Part shown: one piece after another, positions 25,782 through 38,029 of the stretch
Numbering within the stretch: the first letter of the stretch is position 1
How the letters are laid out: every line of letters begins with the position of its first letter
DNA from: Octopus sinensis
Lineage: Eukaryota
DNA length: 64,000 bases
Direction of reading: 5' to 3'
NCBI RefSeq assembly: GCF_006345805.1
Contig: NC_043017.1
Span: 28,520,001 to 28,584,000 of the forward strand
Translations under genes and position numbers: made by a program
The notes under the pieces: model-generated
The model's database searches: none
What the model was told of the DNA's origin: nothing
Seen by the model: the letters and a program-made list of their open reading frames with translations, nothing else

Positions 25782-26730
25782 ATATATAATTATCAGTGTT
25801 TTGATAGGTAACATCAATTAGACTTCGACATAAATATGCGTAACATCAATTGTTTGTATACGGATCGATGAATCTCTCTCTGATTCATCTTCATCACGTA
25901 CACCTCATATAGAACACTGCTGTATTGAACAATTAATTAACCCACCTATTTCCAATTTTGTTTCTATTTTTTTCTTCTTCATGTATCGCCTCCCATTATA
26001 TCACTTTACCGCAAATATTCATCTGTCTTCTTGGCAACACTAAAATATAGGTTTATTTAGATGTGCGTTATGGAAAACAAAATCACCATTCACTCATTAT
26101 TTAGTCATAAATTATTCGCAGGTATTATAAATTAACAACGATTTTATTTCTTCTTTCTCGGAGAATATTCTCTAACAGAATTGATGCTATTGATGATAGT
26201 AATGTTTAGACAATATTGTTTCTCTCAAAGGTTTACCGATAACGAATTTCCCATTAATCAGTATCACAGAAACCTTTTGCAACACCGTAAAACACAAATA
26301 AAAAATGTATTGTCGTATCACCTAATATATTTAGCTAGACTTTAAGAATTGATCTTATCGAAGTAATAATAATAATAAAAAAAGTAATATCTTTGAATAT
26401 AAGAAATCTGATGAAACTAATCAATACTTTGAACACATCCATACGCTCTGATAGTTACTGTAAAAAGAAAACTTTGTTTAACATTTACTATCTATATAAT
26501 CACATTAGTTTTTGCATTAGTTCGCCCACGAGAACAAAACGATGAAAACACAGAAACATGTAAAAAAAAGAAAACAACAGCAATATGGTACTCTCCTGTG
26601 ATGTAGTGCTAGACTACTGTATTTGCTAGGCAAGTACCGTAAGCTTACCTTAAGTGCTATCCTGTGTTTCGCTGAGTCACTGCGCATTTTCGGGTCTCAT
26701 GACAAAAGTTTATTGTGCAAACTGAACAGT

Positions 26731-27170
26731 AGGCGCAGGAGTGGCTGTGTGGTAAGTAGCTTGTTTACCAACAACATGCTTCCGGGTTCAGTCCCACTGC
26801 GTGGCACCTTCGGCAAGTGTCTTCTACTATAGCCTCGGGCCGACCAAAGCCTTGTGAGTGGATTTTGTAGACGGAAACTGAAAGAAGCCCGTCGTATATA
26901 TGTATATATATATATATATGTATTTGCGTGTGTATGTTTGTGTGTCTGTGTTTGACCCCCTAGCATTGCTTGACAACCGATGCTGGTGTGTTTGTGTCCC
27001 CGTCACTTGGCGGTTCGGCAAATAGAGACCGATAGAATAAGTACTGGGCTTGCAAAAGAATAAGTCCCGGGCTCGAGTTGCTCGATTAAAGGCGTTGCAC
27101 CAGCATGGACGCAGTCAAAATGACTGAAACAAGTAAAAAGAGAATAAAAAAAAAGAGAAAGAGAATAAAA
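26731..27170 (+). mobile_element. CORE-like SINE, full length
   Basis: Homologous to 11827-12275. Confidence 0.9.
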
Positions 27171-28563
27171 AAAATGTTTTTTCTCCAAAAAGAACTGTAG
27201 GTTTCTAATCAGCGTCACACCAGATGTGGGACAATTATTTAAGAAAATAATTTGCTAAATAAGTTATTAGAGAGGCAACAAGACTCTAAGAAATTAAAAC
27301 TATCCACACATTAGCATAAACGTTAAGTAATGTTAGAACCATTAGGCTTAATACAAATTCACCAAATTTTTCATTCTAGACCTTCATTATTCCATTTTCC
27401 ATCCCGCCACGTATTATTGCTCTAACGTTCGCTAGGATGTTCAACACTATTTAAAAATTCGAAATTATTGTGAATGATATAAATACTCTACATTACAGCT
27501 GTAAGGGGTTTATCAGATTCATAAGGATATTTGACGTTGGTATGAGTGCAAAAGAAAGGGCAGGGTTATGTTTTATTAGAGTATACATTGAAAATGAAAT
27601 CCCCTAAAACTCTGCGTTATAGAGTTTCTAGTACCAAAAGCATACGTTAAAAAGATCCAATGAAGCTCTAGTGCAGAATTTTACTAACTTGTACCACAAT
27701 ATTATAAACATAATGAATGTTACAGAAGTAAATTTCTTATATTTCTCTGGAAAGTTTAAAAAGATGACAATTGAAAATCTGAAAAGAAACACAAAGGAAA
27801 AGATGCAAGTGCAGAAAACCAACAGCATATAATTTAGAAGAATAGATAAGAACTAAGACAGAAGTTACGCAAATAACATAGTCCATGATTTAGATAACAC
27901 AGATGATCCCATATCATATGAGTGTTGCTCTTGAGGTCGAAATAACCAATGATAGCTAAGCCACATTCTAAGGACATCATCCTATTCCGGTAAAAATAAC
28001 TTTCACAACAGGATAGCGCTTGGTGTAACAAGGTGCAACTGAAAATGTCATATTTCGGATGAAAAGCCATCGTACATGGGATCAGCTGCCCCAAAAATTT
28101 CATCAAACAAAGTGTCCCTACGCGACACGACCTTGTCGCAAAAACAGCATATGATACCGTTAGGGAAAAAGACTATCTATGAATGCCGATACAGAATCCC
28201 TTCTTACATAATACATACTTAAACATCAATATAAGGAATAATAGTGTAACATTTCTATCATAACATCTGTCAAATATAAGCATAAATAGCCGGACATTGC
28301 TGTTTGGGATATACAAGGAAAGCTGACCTCTCATAAAGGTCAGCTTCCCTGCTGATGTGACTATCTCTTTGAAAATCAAAGTCAAAGGGGAGAAATGTAG
28401 ACTACTCCTTCGAAATCTCCAAATTCTATATCCAGATTATAAATTCACACTTATACCCAAAACAATTGTTTGTGGGTATATACCTAAGTGACAATCTGGA
28501 CACAATAAGATTTTCAGAAAAAGAAATCAACCAAAACACACATTGCAAATTCTTTTGTATCCA

Positions 28564-28687
28564 GGGAGAGTCATTCTCTTTTAGTGCCTTATTATTTAAC
28601 ACACTCACCGGTAAAATTTCCACTTATTTCTTATTTTTAACGGTGAGTGTGTTAAATTATAAGGCACTAAAAGAGAATGACTCTCCC
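28564..28687. repeat. Fold-back: 47-bp inverted arms with 30-bp spacer
   Basis: GGGAGAGTCATTCTC..ACTCACCG / CGGTGAGT..GAGAATGACTCTCCC, one mismatch. Confidence 0.9.
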
Positions 28688-28821
28688 CAGACACAACAGA
28701 ATATGCTTCAACACACGAACTCATATAAAGAATCTTGCAAACCAAATCCCAAAACGAGACACATTGCAAATATTATCTCAAAATGGAATAGAAAAAACAT
28801 ATGCAAGAATTTTCTCAGATT

Positions 28822-29440
28822 TATTAGGTTGAAGAAAGTGTTCGGGCACCGTGTTAAAATAATGCTTTTTTCATATATACTTTGTGGTGTGTGTGTTCAT
28901 TCAGCAAGCGTTGTGTTCCAAAGGTCAAACTCCTCTATCCGTTCCAAAGCAAAATTAATTTGTAAAGAAGATCATGACTTCCGTTTGTTGGAACTTCGAA
29001 AGAATCTTGCATTTTGAATTTGTGCCGAATGGTCACACCATCAACGCTGAGTTTTACTGCGAGCAACTTGATCGAGTGCACAATGCGCTGGTTGAAAAAG
29101 ACCTAAGATTTGTTCGTCGAAAACGCGTTTTGTTTCAACAAGACAATGCAAAGCCGCATACTGCCAGAAAGACCAGCAATAAGATTGAAGAATTGGACGG
29201 CGTGGAAGTTCTGCTGCATCCAGGCTGTAGTCCCAGACGTTGCTTCATCTGATTACGGTCTATTTTGATCAATGCAGCACTTTATGAAAGGCAACCGATT
29301 TGAGTCAATCGATGAAGTTAAAGCAACCCATAAAAAAAAATTAGATTCAAAGCTGAAGGATTGGTACTTTGACCAAATTCGGAAGCTTGCAGATAATCTG
29401 CAGAAGGTCCTGGAAAATGATGGTCTTTAGATTGAAGAAT
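28822..29440 (+). mobile_element. Internally deleted mariner (DD34D-type) transposon remnant
   Basis: TATTAGGTTG terminus; TINAEFYCEQL, QQDNAKPHTA, HPGCS-PDVASSDYGLF (SPDLAPSDYHLF motif), with frameshifts. Confidence 0.85.
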
Positions 29441-29442
29441 AG

Positions 29443-29502
29443 TTACTCTTTACTGTTCTTAGTCTTCATAAATGACTTGCCCGACGACCTCACGCAACAC
29501 AC
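29443..29502 (+). mobile_element. LINE reverse-transcriptase fragment at contig end
   Basis: LLFLVFINDLPD matches the CR1-group PLLFLIYINDL motif. Confidence 0.55.
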
Positions 29503-29602
29503 NNNNNNNNNNNNNNNNNNNNNNNNNNNNNNNNNNNNNNNNNNNNNNNNNNNNNNNNNNNNNNNNNNNNNNNNNNNNNNNNNNNNNNNNNNNNNNNNNN
29601 NN
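29503..29602. other. Assembly gap (100 N)
   Basis: Direct reading; true size unknown. Confidence 1.
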
Positions 29603-29931
29603 GCTACGTATAGGGATCAATCTGTTCGATTAAAAGCTTTCGAGAAGGTTATGAAGCATGAAAAGAACAAATTACGAATGAGAATGAGAATTAAAAGAAA
29701 TGACGTCAGCGCAATCTGTGACATCAATTATTTTCTTGTGTGAAAATCTGCTATTATTTCACTTTATTTTATTAAATTTGCAATATAGGAAGTACATAGA
29801 GTAAGGAAGATTGCGGGCTAGACACGGGCATTAATGAAATGAATGATAAAGATACAAGGATGATAAGGATGGGAGAAGACGAAAAGCGCACGCCGACTTC
29901 TGCTTCTCTAAAACATTGTCCTTTTAGTGTC

Positions 29932-30092
29932 AAACCGAGGCAATAAACCTCTAAGTTCAAAAAATACATTAATAAGGCAATAAACCTCTTACATTTTTGC
30001 AATACAAAAGTTTCAAACCGAGGGAATAAACCTCTTAGTTCAAAAAATACATTAATAAGGCAATAAACCTCTTACATTTTTGCAATACAAAA
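29932..30092. repeat. Local tandem duplication, ~83-bp unit x2
   Basis: AAACCGAGG..AATAAACCTCT..AGTTCAAAAAATACATTAATAAGGCAATAAACCTCTTACATTTTTGCAATACAAAA twice. Confidence 0.85.
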
Positions 30093-30120
30093 ACCCTTTA
30101 TGTGCTGATTACACAATTAA

Positions 30121-30546
30121 AGGAGTGGCTGTGTGGTAAGTAGTTTGCTAACAAACCACATGGTTCCGGGTTCACTCCCACTGCGTGGCACCTTGGGCAA
30201 GTGTCTTCTGCTATAGCCCCGGGCTGACCAATGCCTTGTGAGTGGATTTGGTAGACGGAAACTGAAAGAAGCCTGTCGTATATTTGTATATATATGTATA
30301 TATATATATATGTGTGTGTGTGTGTCTGTGTGTCTGTGTTTGTCCCCCTAGCATTGCTTGACAACCGATGCTGGTGTGTTTACGTCCCCGTAACTTAGCG
30401 GTTCGGCAAAAGAGAGACCGATAGAACAAGTACTGTGCTTAGAAAAGAATAAGTCCCGGGGTCGATTTGCTCGACTAAAGGCGGTGCTCCAGCATGGCCG
30501 CAGTCAAAAGACTGAAACAAGTAAAAGAGTAAAAGAGTAAAAGAGA
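30121..30546 (+). mobile_element. CORE-like SINE, full length
   Basis: Homologous to 11827-12275. Confidence 0.9.
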
Positions 30547-31060
30547 GCTTTGTCTGTAGTCATCAGCTTTTGACTATTTAAAATACACATTTCTTACATC
30601 GATTTTCCTGGTATCAACAAGCCTAAAATTGCAAGAATTACAAGCTTTCCTCTTCAGAATATACTTAAAAACAATAATTACAATATCGCTTGCAAACCAA
30701 AATGGCTTCAGGTAATGACGTAGTCATACTTATTTCTTAAACTTTATATCATAAGATTTTGCATATCATATACTAAAGGACGTCGATATCATGTGATCAA
30801 ATATATTCGCGTTTCTTCAAACACGCTTCAGATATTTTGATCGTATTGACGGTTTTATTCTACTTGCAATAGAAAACTGTAACTACAGTTTTGTAACTGC
30901 TACTACCTCGATTAAGATGTTTAATACCGCAAGGGAGTCAAAGAAACGCAAAAGTTAACAATCAGGTGCAAAATGTAAAAGCACTTGAAAACAAAAATAT
31001 GTAACATTTTACTTCTCGTCAGCTCTATTATAACACATAAAATACATTGCTATACATATA

Positions 31061-31455
31061 TCTTTATATATAAAAGTCAAGTCGTGTGTCTGTCTGTCTG
31101 TCTCCTACGATTTAGATTCCTAACTACTCCCACATTTTGCGGTGCAGTTTATAACCAAAACCGGGTGTCTTATAGTCGTGATTCATATCGAGCCCTTCTG
31201 GGTATTAGCGCGCGTCTACGATGAGTCTACGATTTAAAAAAAAAATTACCATTATTTTTTCCATTTTAATGCATTTTTCGCTATTATATAAGGGAAGTAA
31301 CTCTCTAAAAATGTCTACGATGAGTCAACGATTTAAAAAAAAAATTACCATCATTTTTTTTCCATTTTTAATGCATTGTTTGGCTATAACTCTCTAAAAA
31401 TGCTTATATAGTTATTTCCCTTACAAACCCGGGCAACGCCGGGCGATACTGCTAG
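31061..31455 (+). mobile_element. Non-autonomous Helitron (H1)
   Basis: A|TC..CTAG|T with 3' hairpin; internal duplication. Confidence 0.85.
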
Positions 31456-31747
31456 TATATATATATATATATAATGTCGTTGTTTTCTTTCTCTGCCTAC
31501 GTGATACGTTTTTGAGCATATATTGTCTGGGAGTTGTTTCTTACAGTAGGAGAAATAGCTAGTTTTTTTTTTTGGCTGCTATTTCTAAAGTTCGGTGTGT
31601 GGTGAAGCAAATTCTTTTGCCTAACCCTTATTGTAATAAATATTGTTTAAATTTACTAATAATGGTCTTTTACATACCGAATCACTACTTGGTGAAATTA
31701 TTAATTATTAATTAATAATTTATCCTTATTATTATTAATATATATAT

Positions 31748-31781
<34 letters not shown>

Positions 31782-31782
<1 letters not shown>

Positions 31783-32156
31783 CTATATAAACGGCAGTTT
31801 GTCTGTGCGTTTTCTGTGTGTCTGTTTTCTCGTACCCTCACTCTGACCACGGCTTTCAAACGATTCTGATGAAACTTGACACACACATAGCCCAATGTCA
31901 TAATTCAAAACTAACGCAGCGAAAATTTTGAAAAGTTCCCCCAGTTCTGAAAAAAATCGATAAATTCGACATGGGGTCGAGAATTAGAAACCCAAACCAC
32001 AGACCGTCTAGGGGACGCAACTCCACCTTTTTAACTTTCAAAAAAAATTACCATCATTTTTTTTCCATTTTTTGCTATTTTTTGGCTATAACTCTCTAAA
32101 AATGCTTTATAGTTATTTCCCTTACAAACCTGAGCAACGCCGGGCGATACTGCTAG
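31782..32156 (+). mobile_element. Non-autonomous Helitron (H2)
   Basis: TCTATATAAACGGCAG start inside (TA)n; same 3' end as H1. Confidence 0.85.
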
Positions 32157-32409
32157 TATATATATATATGAATTACTCAGACGTTCACTCTTACCTAAAT
32201 TTCTCCGACTTCCATGGCTCCAAACATACATAGCGGGATTACCACACCCACCCACCGTTATTGAAAACTCTCTAGCCGGTACCCGGTCAGTTGACCATGC
32301 ATCCATGCTTTTTCTCTCTCAATCTCTCTCACTCTGTCTCTCTCTCTCTTTCTATGTCTGTCTGTCTCTCTATCTGTCTGTCTCTCTCTCTCTCTCTCCG
32401 AACCCGTCC

Positions 32410-32610
32410 TATCCTTATCGACCTCAGATTCCACTTTATCATCCATTCACCCTACACCTTCAACGCACCATTTAACGGGCTTTCCACAGATTACTACCAG
32501 ACGACTCCTCCTTCCAGCATATTCCCTAAGACATCCCATCCCTCCTTCGTATGCACCCGTAATATACATGACTTTCTGGCGCGTATCCTCTTCCCCACGC
32601 CTAGTCCTTA
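32410..32610 (+). pseudogene. Penelope-like element ORF remnant (RT to GIY-YIG linker)
   Basis: LYHPFTLHLQRTI*RAFHRLLPD, frameshift, SIFPKTSHPSFVCTRNIHDFL; resembles the PLE linker YHP..I...F..L..D...IF..P..S.R..NL.D.L. Confidence 0.5.
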
Positions 32611-32946
32611 ATCTGGCCCCTTCCCTTGCTCTCATCTATGCTGTCCACCTGTCGCCTCCTCTACAGCACTATTTCCTTCTCTGGCAATCATCACCGCCCC
32701 TATTGCACCACTGACTCATTCAGTAACTTTAAACTCTTCGGCTGCATATTTGAATAAAATCGTTTTTCTTTGGAATAGACAAAAAGTCTATCTTTATTAC
32801 TTCTTTTGCTGGTGTCTCAAATTTAGGTTAAATCAGTGTTTCTCAAAGGGGAGGCCTATGGGACGGTTGGACAAGTGGTTTTGAGAAAATTTGGTTTCAC
32901 TGTTTGACAACTCAGCACCGTCCATTGGTCGGTGGGCGTTTTACTC

Positions 32947-32980
<34 letters not shown>

Positions 32981-32982
<2 letters not shown>

Positions 32983-33387
32983 TCTTTTTCTCTTTTACTC
33001 TTTTACTTGTTTCAGTCATTTGACTGCGGCCATGCTGGAGCACAACCTTTAGTCGAGCAAATCGACCCCGGGTCTTAATCTTTGTAAGCCCAGTACTTAT
33101 TCTATCGGTCTCTTTTACTGAACCGCTAGATGAAGGGGACGTAAACACACCAGCATCTGTTGTCAAGCAATGCTAGGGGAACAAACACAGACACACATAC
33201 ATACATATATATATACATATATACGGCAGGCTTCTTTCAGTTTCCGTCTACCAAATCCACTCACAAGGCATTGGTCGGCCGGGGCTATGGCAGAAGACAC
33301 TTGCCCAAGATGCCACGCAGTGGGACTGAACCCGGAACCATGTGGTTGGTTAGCAAGCTACTTACCACCACAGCTACTCCTGCGCCT
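32981..33387 (-). mobile_element. CORE-like SINE, full length, inserted in (TA)n
   Basis: Homologous to 11827-12275. Confidence 0.9.
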
Positions 33388-33409
33388 ATATATGTGAATA
33401 TATTGAAAG

Positions 33410-33441
<32 letters not shown>

Positions 33442-34046
33442 GAAGACATACAATATTTCTTCATAACATAAAGGCTATTGAATTGAAAGTAATGGCTCTG
33501 ATATACTTGATTTTGCTTTTAATGGAAAGAATAAGGTCGCTATTTTTATTGCTATTTCCAAGTTATTTGAACACTTTTCAAATTGACATAATCTTTTTTT
33601 TCTCCTTAAACATAAAGAAGCATTTCCAAAACTTTATTTTATAATTTGCTGATCGTGAAAATAAAAATAAAAAAAGCGAAAATTGAATTGGTTGTGAAAA
33701 ATAGTTTTGATACAGTTAAAACATAACAAAATATTTTAAAACTGTCATCGTTAAAGAAAATTTGGAACATATCGAGCGGGAAATGTGTGTAATTCCTTTT
33801 TCAGGCAATAAAAGTTGGCTATATTTACTATTGTTCTTTTCATCAAGTATTGTAAAATAATACAAATCACATGATCCATACATGAAAACAATTTTATCAG
33901 TTCGATTTGTTTTACTAAAAAACTAGAATTAATGTATTTGATGATGTCTTGGGATGTTTACGAACTTTTGCGCAGATGACCAGACGTGTGTATTATTCTA
34001 GAATGCAGTTTCAACCTCAGTGTACAGAAATGTATCTTACATACTA

Positions 34047-34442
34047 CAAGCAGTATCACCCGTCGTGGCTCGGGTTTGTTTCGACCATTTAGAATTGAAA
34101 TTTTTGAAAAGTAAAAGTTTTGCATTATGTAGCTTGTTATTCTCTTTAAGTGAATATTTTTCTAGTGGAAATACACCGCAAAATGTCGACACAATAGTCA
34201 AAAAATCGTAAAAAATAGGGATTTTAATAGAAGAAAAGCACCTTTTTGATGTAAATAATTTTTGGTGTTAACATGGTCCGATTTAAATGTTTTCTTCTAC
34301 AGAAGGAAGAGCAAGCCTTCTTCTATTATAATCTCAATTTTGGTCAACTTGCACCGCAGGGTCTCGGAGTAGATAGTGTTAGTTGATGGCTACCAAACAT
34401 GCCATATACAGGCAACTTCAGCTTAATATATATATAGAGAGA
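34047..34442 (-). mobile_element. Non-autonomous Helitron (H3)
   Basis: Reverse-complement homolog of 6099-6481; terminal CTAG mutated. Confidence 0.75.
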
Positions 34443-35710
34443 TTTAGAACCAAACATGCAGAATTTAAATAACATTTTCATAATTTCAGATTCTGTGCCT
34501 CTGTGATGTATGTCAGAAATAATTTTAGTTAAAGAGCTCCAAATCAAGATTATTAGGTTTGGCTGAAATATAACTTGATTAAACATACGCTTCAATATTA
34601 TATAATACAGAATTGCATTTATAAATCACAATCCATAACCGTATTATATCCACACTCCACCTAAAAAAGGAAGCTATCTGTTCAAATCCAGACACATTGC
34701 ACCCAGCGATGAAATCGCTGCGTCGTTTGAAACCTCTAGAAATAAAAGAAGTGTTAAAACAGATAATTTTTCTACAAGCATATTTTTTCTACAAGTGTTA
34801 ACGAATTGAGCAAACGGTTTTGGCACCATTTGCAGAAATATCTGCTAAACTTTCCACAAAAACTTTGCTGTGATTCCCAATAAGCACAATTATTTAAATA
34901 TTAAAGGGTTCGAATATAGCACACGGCACTAATGACGGTAAATAAGCTACTATCTAAATAATTAAATTATATAAAAGAAATTTATAGATACACACATACA
35001 ATATGCTGTAAACCTTAAACATTTGATTGATTAGTGTACGATTAATGAATTATAAGAGCAAGTGTAATTGACAGGTATGTACTCCACTCAAGTAATTCAA
35101 AAGCCAAATAAGTGTGAAAATCTCGCCGTTTGAATAAAAATCTTTTCGAAAGACTTCCCAAGTAGTTGTTTGTACCAAATATCTCCTGAGTGAAAGCGAG
35201 GCATTTATCTACAATTAAACAAGATATCACATAGTGTGATGGAAAGCGAGATCACACAATTATGGAGTGCATTCCTAAACGCCTTAGCCAGACATTCATC
35301 TGCATTAATAGTTAATATCTTTTGGCTAACGATAGTTAACTTCAGACAATTACATTTATTTTACTTGTGTTGAAATTTCTGGCAATAGAAAAAAAAATAC
35401 ACCTGGAAGTTTGTATAGGTGTGAAGTACATCGAAAAGAATAGATATTTTATTCAAATCGTAAATGTGTCAACTACAGCTGGGGTCTATGGTAATTGCTT
35501 GGATTTCTTTTACGGTTTTTACAAGTTAGAGTGACAGACGAGGATGATGTAGTGCAGCTACTGTGAGCATTAAGAAATTATAACAAGTTTACAACTATTC
35601 CCAACTCTGATACAGAAAAAGGCTACGTTGAAGCTTTTAAAATATAGACATTGCACGCGTCCATGTTAGGCAAGAAACAAGCAAGGATTGAGAAATATAT
35701 AGACATAAGC

Positions 35711-36092
35711 GTGGAGGCGCAACGGCCCAGTGGTTAGGGCAGCGGACTCGCGGCCATAGGATTGCGGTTTCGATTCCCAGACCGGGCGTTGTGAGTGTTT
35801 ATTGAGCGAAAACACCTAAAGCTCCACGAGGCCCGGCAGGGGGGTGGTGGCGATCCCTGCTGTACTCTTTCACCACAACTTTCTCTCACTTACTTCCTGT
35901 TTCTTGTGTACCTGTATTTCAAAGGGCCGGCATTGTCACTCTCTGTGTTCACGCTGAAATCCCGAGAACTACGTTAAGGGTACACGTGTCTGTGGAGTGC
36001 TCAGCCACTTACACGGTAATTTCACGACCAGGCTGTTCCGTTAATTCGGATCAACCGGAACCCTCGTCGTCGTAACCGACGGAGTGCTTCCA
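35711..36092 (+). mobile_element. OR1-like SINE
   Basis: Homologous to 2681-3065; TSD ATATAGACATAA. Confidence 0.9.
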
Positions 36093-36385
36093 GATATAGA
36101 CATAAACAAAGTCGAAAGCGAAAAACGGATAAACAATATATACAGTAGTCACACACTCATTTATATGTATGTGTAGTGTGTGGGGGATGGGTGGGGAATT
36201 GTATGTGTGTGCGAGAGAGAGAGTGTGTGTGTATACATCTAGGTATATATAGACTGACAGAGAGACAGATAAATTAATTGATAGAAACACGATATACGTG
36301 TGTTTGTGTTTATATTATAACAATTTAGAGACGTCGACTGATTGGAAATGATTTTTTCGTTGCAGATTTAAGAACACCAAGTATA

Positions 36386-36783
36386 TTCTTTTCTACTCTA
36401 GGCACCAGGCCCGAAATTTTTGAGAAGGGGGCCAGTCGATTAGATCGAAACCAGTATGCAACTGGTAATTAATTTATCGATTCCGAAAGGATGAAAGGCA
36501 AAGTCGACCTCGTCAGATTTTGAACTCAGAACATAGCGGCAGACAAAATACCTATTTCTTTACTAACCACAAGGGGTTAAACACAGAGAGAACAAACAAG
36601 GACAGACAAACGGATTAAGTCGATTATATCGAACCCAGTGCGTAACTGGTACTTATTTAATCAACCCCGAAGGGATGAAAGGCAAATCGACCTCGGCGGC
36701 ATTTGAACTCAGAACGTAGCGGCAGACGAAATACCGCTAAACATTTCGCCTGGCGTGCTAGCGATATTGGCAACTCGCCGCCT
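36386..36783 (-). mobile_element. Nin-domain SINE heterodimer (two different tails)
   Basis: Head plus tail-A unit joined at GAAATAGGTATTT to a unit with tail B; degenerate TSD AGAAC.CCAA.TATATT. Confidence 0.8.
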
Positions 36784-37227
36784 TAGAACTCCAAATATAT
36801 TAAACTATAAGTAATATCACGCAGAAAACTATTTTACAAAGACCTTCCAATTTTAACCACGAGGAATTTTAGCCAATAGAACCTATCTATGGCACCAGCT
36901 AATTGCGTTCCACCTTTAAGAAGACTATTTACTTGATATCTCTCGATGTGTGTAAATTCATTTTGATTGACTATCTTTCAGAACTCTTTGGCTCAGAGAA
37001 AGCTTCTAAAATGAATGAAGAAAAATCGGAGTGTTGCCATGGAATTATGGTGAGGATTTCTGTCAGATACATATACAATCGTCACTGGAAGTAATTAATG
37101 GTGCAAGTCAGCACCAGAATTGCTAGAAATAAGAGTCAAAACAAATATTAGCCACGGGCTGACAATATTCTGTTCAAGAGAGTACAATCTATTAACTGAA
37201 AAGGAAGGCAAACTCTCGACAGCAAGC

Positions 37228-37287
37228 AACGGCGTCAGATCGGTCCGCCGATTTCGGATAGAATTAATCCTCAACGGTGAGACCACT
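37228..37287 (-). ncRNA. Degenerate type I hammerhead ribozyme
   Basis: Minus strand: core CCGTTGA (two changes from CTGATGA), stem II GGAT/ATCC, GAAA, stem III ATCGG-cgga-CCGAT, triplet ATC, imperfect stem I. Confidence 0.55.
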
Positions 37288-37355
37288 CCTTGCCTACGGT
37301 TAAGTTCACAAGAATCGTCAGCCTATAGAAATGCATAATATATATATAATGATAT

Positions 37356-37413
<58 letters not shown>

Positions 37414-37516
37414 CTGCTGAGAAGACCGCGCGGTGGCAGTGGATTTTGAAAATTTAGGGCAGATGGACTGGAGGCTTATTTGGCGTCGCCTCGTAGACAG
37501 ATGCTCGTCCTCGGCT

Positions 37517-37606
37517 TCTCTGCTGACGAGACACGCCAGTTGTAAATAAATTTAATTTAATTAATTTGTTTACCAAAGTTTGCCGAAACTATGCATAGTC
37601 CAGAGA
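37517..37606 (+). ncRNA. Type I hammerhead ribozyme with intact catalytic core
   Basis: Stem I TCTCTG/CAGAGA; CTGACGA 37523-37529; G10.1-C11.1 with long stem II (GTAAATAAATT/AATTTGTTTAC); GAAA 37585-37588; palindromic stem III ACTATGCATAGT; GTC triplet ending at 37600. Confidence 0.85.
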
Positions 37607-37729
37607 TGAAAAGGGTAAATGTTTTTATTTCTCTTTCAATTTCAGAATTACAACTATTTAGCGGTTTGAGTTTGGCTGCTCTTTCTAGTGAGTCGAATGG
37701 CCTATTAGGGCCATTCCTTATATTGTTGA

Positions 37730-37779
<50 letters not shown>

Positions 37780-38029
37780 TATATGCATATATGAATAGTT
37801 CGAAGAAATAAGAAAGTAACTCAATAGTCGAGAGTGTTGTGCGTTGGCACTCGTTTATCGAACGCATGAAACTCTTGGTCCTTGAGTCACACAGTTACTT
37901 TTGCTAAATATTAATATATATATGTATGTACTCATATTGTGAGTACTATTTTCCCTGTTTCCATTAACATACAAGCATATATACATACATACACACACAC
38001 ACACAATATATATATATACATATATATAC

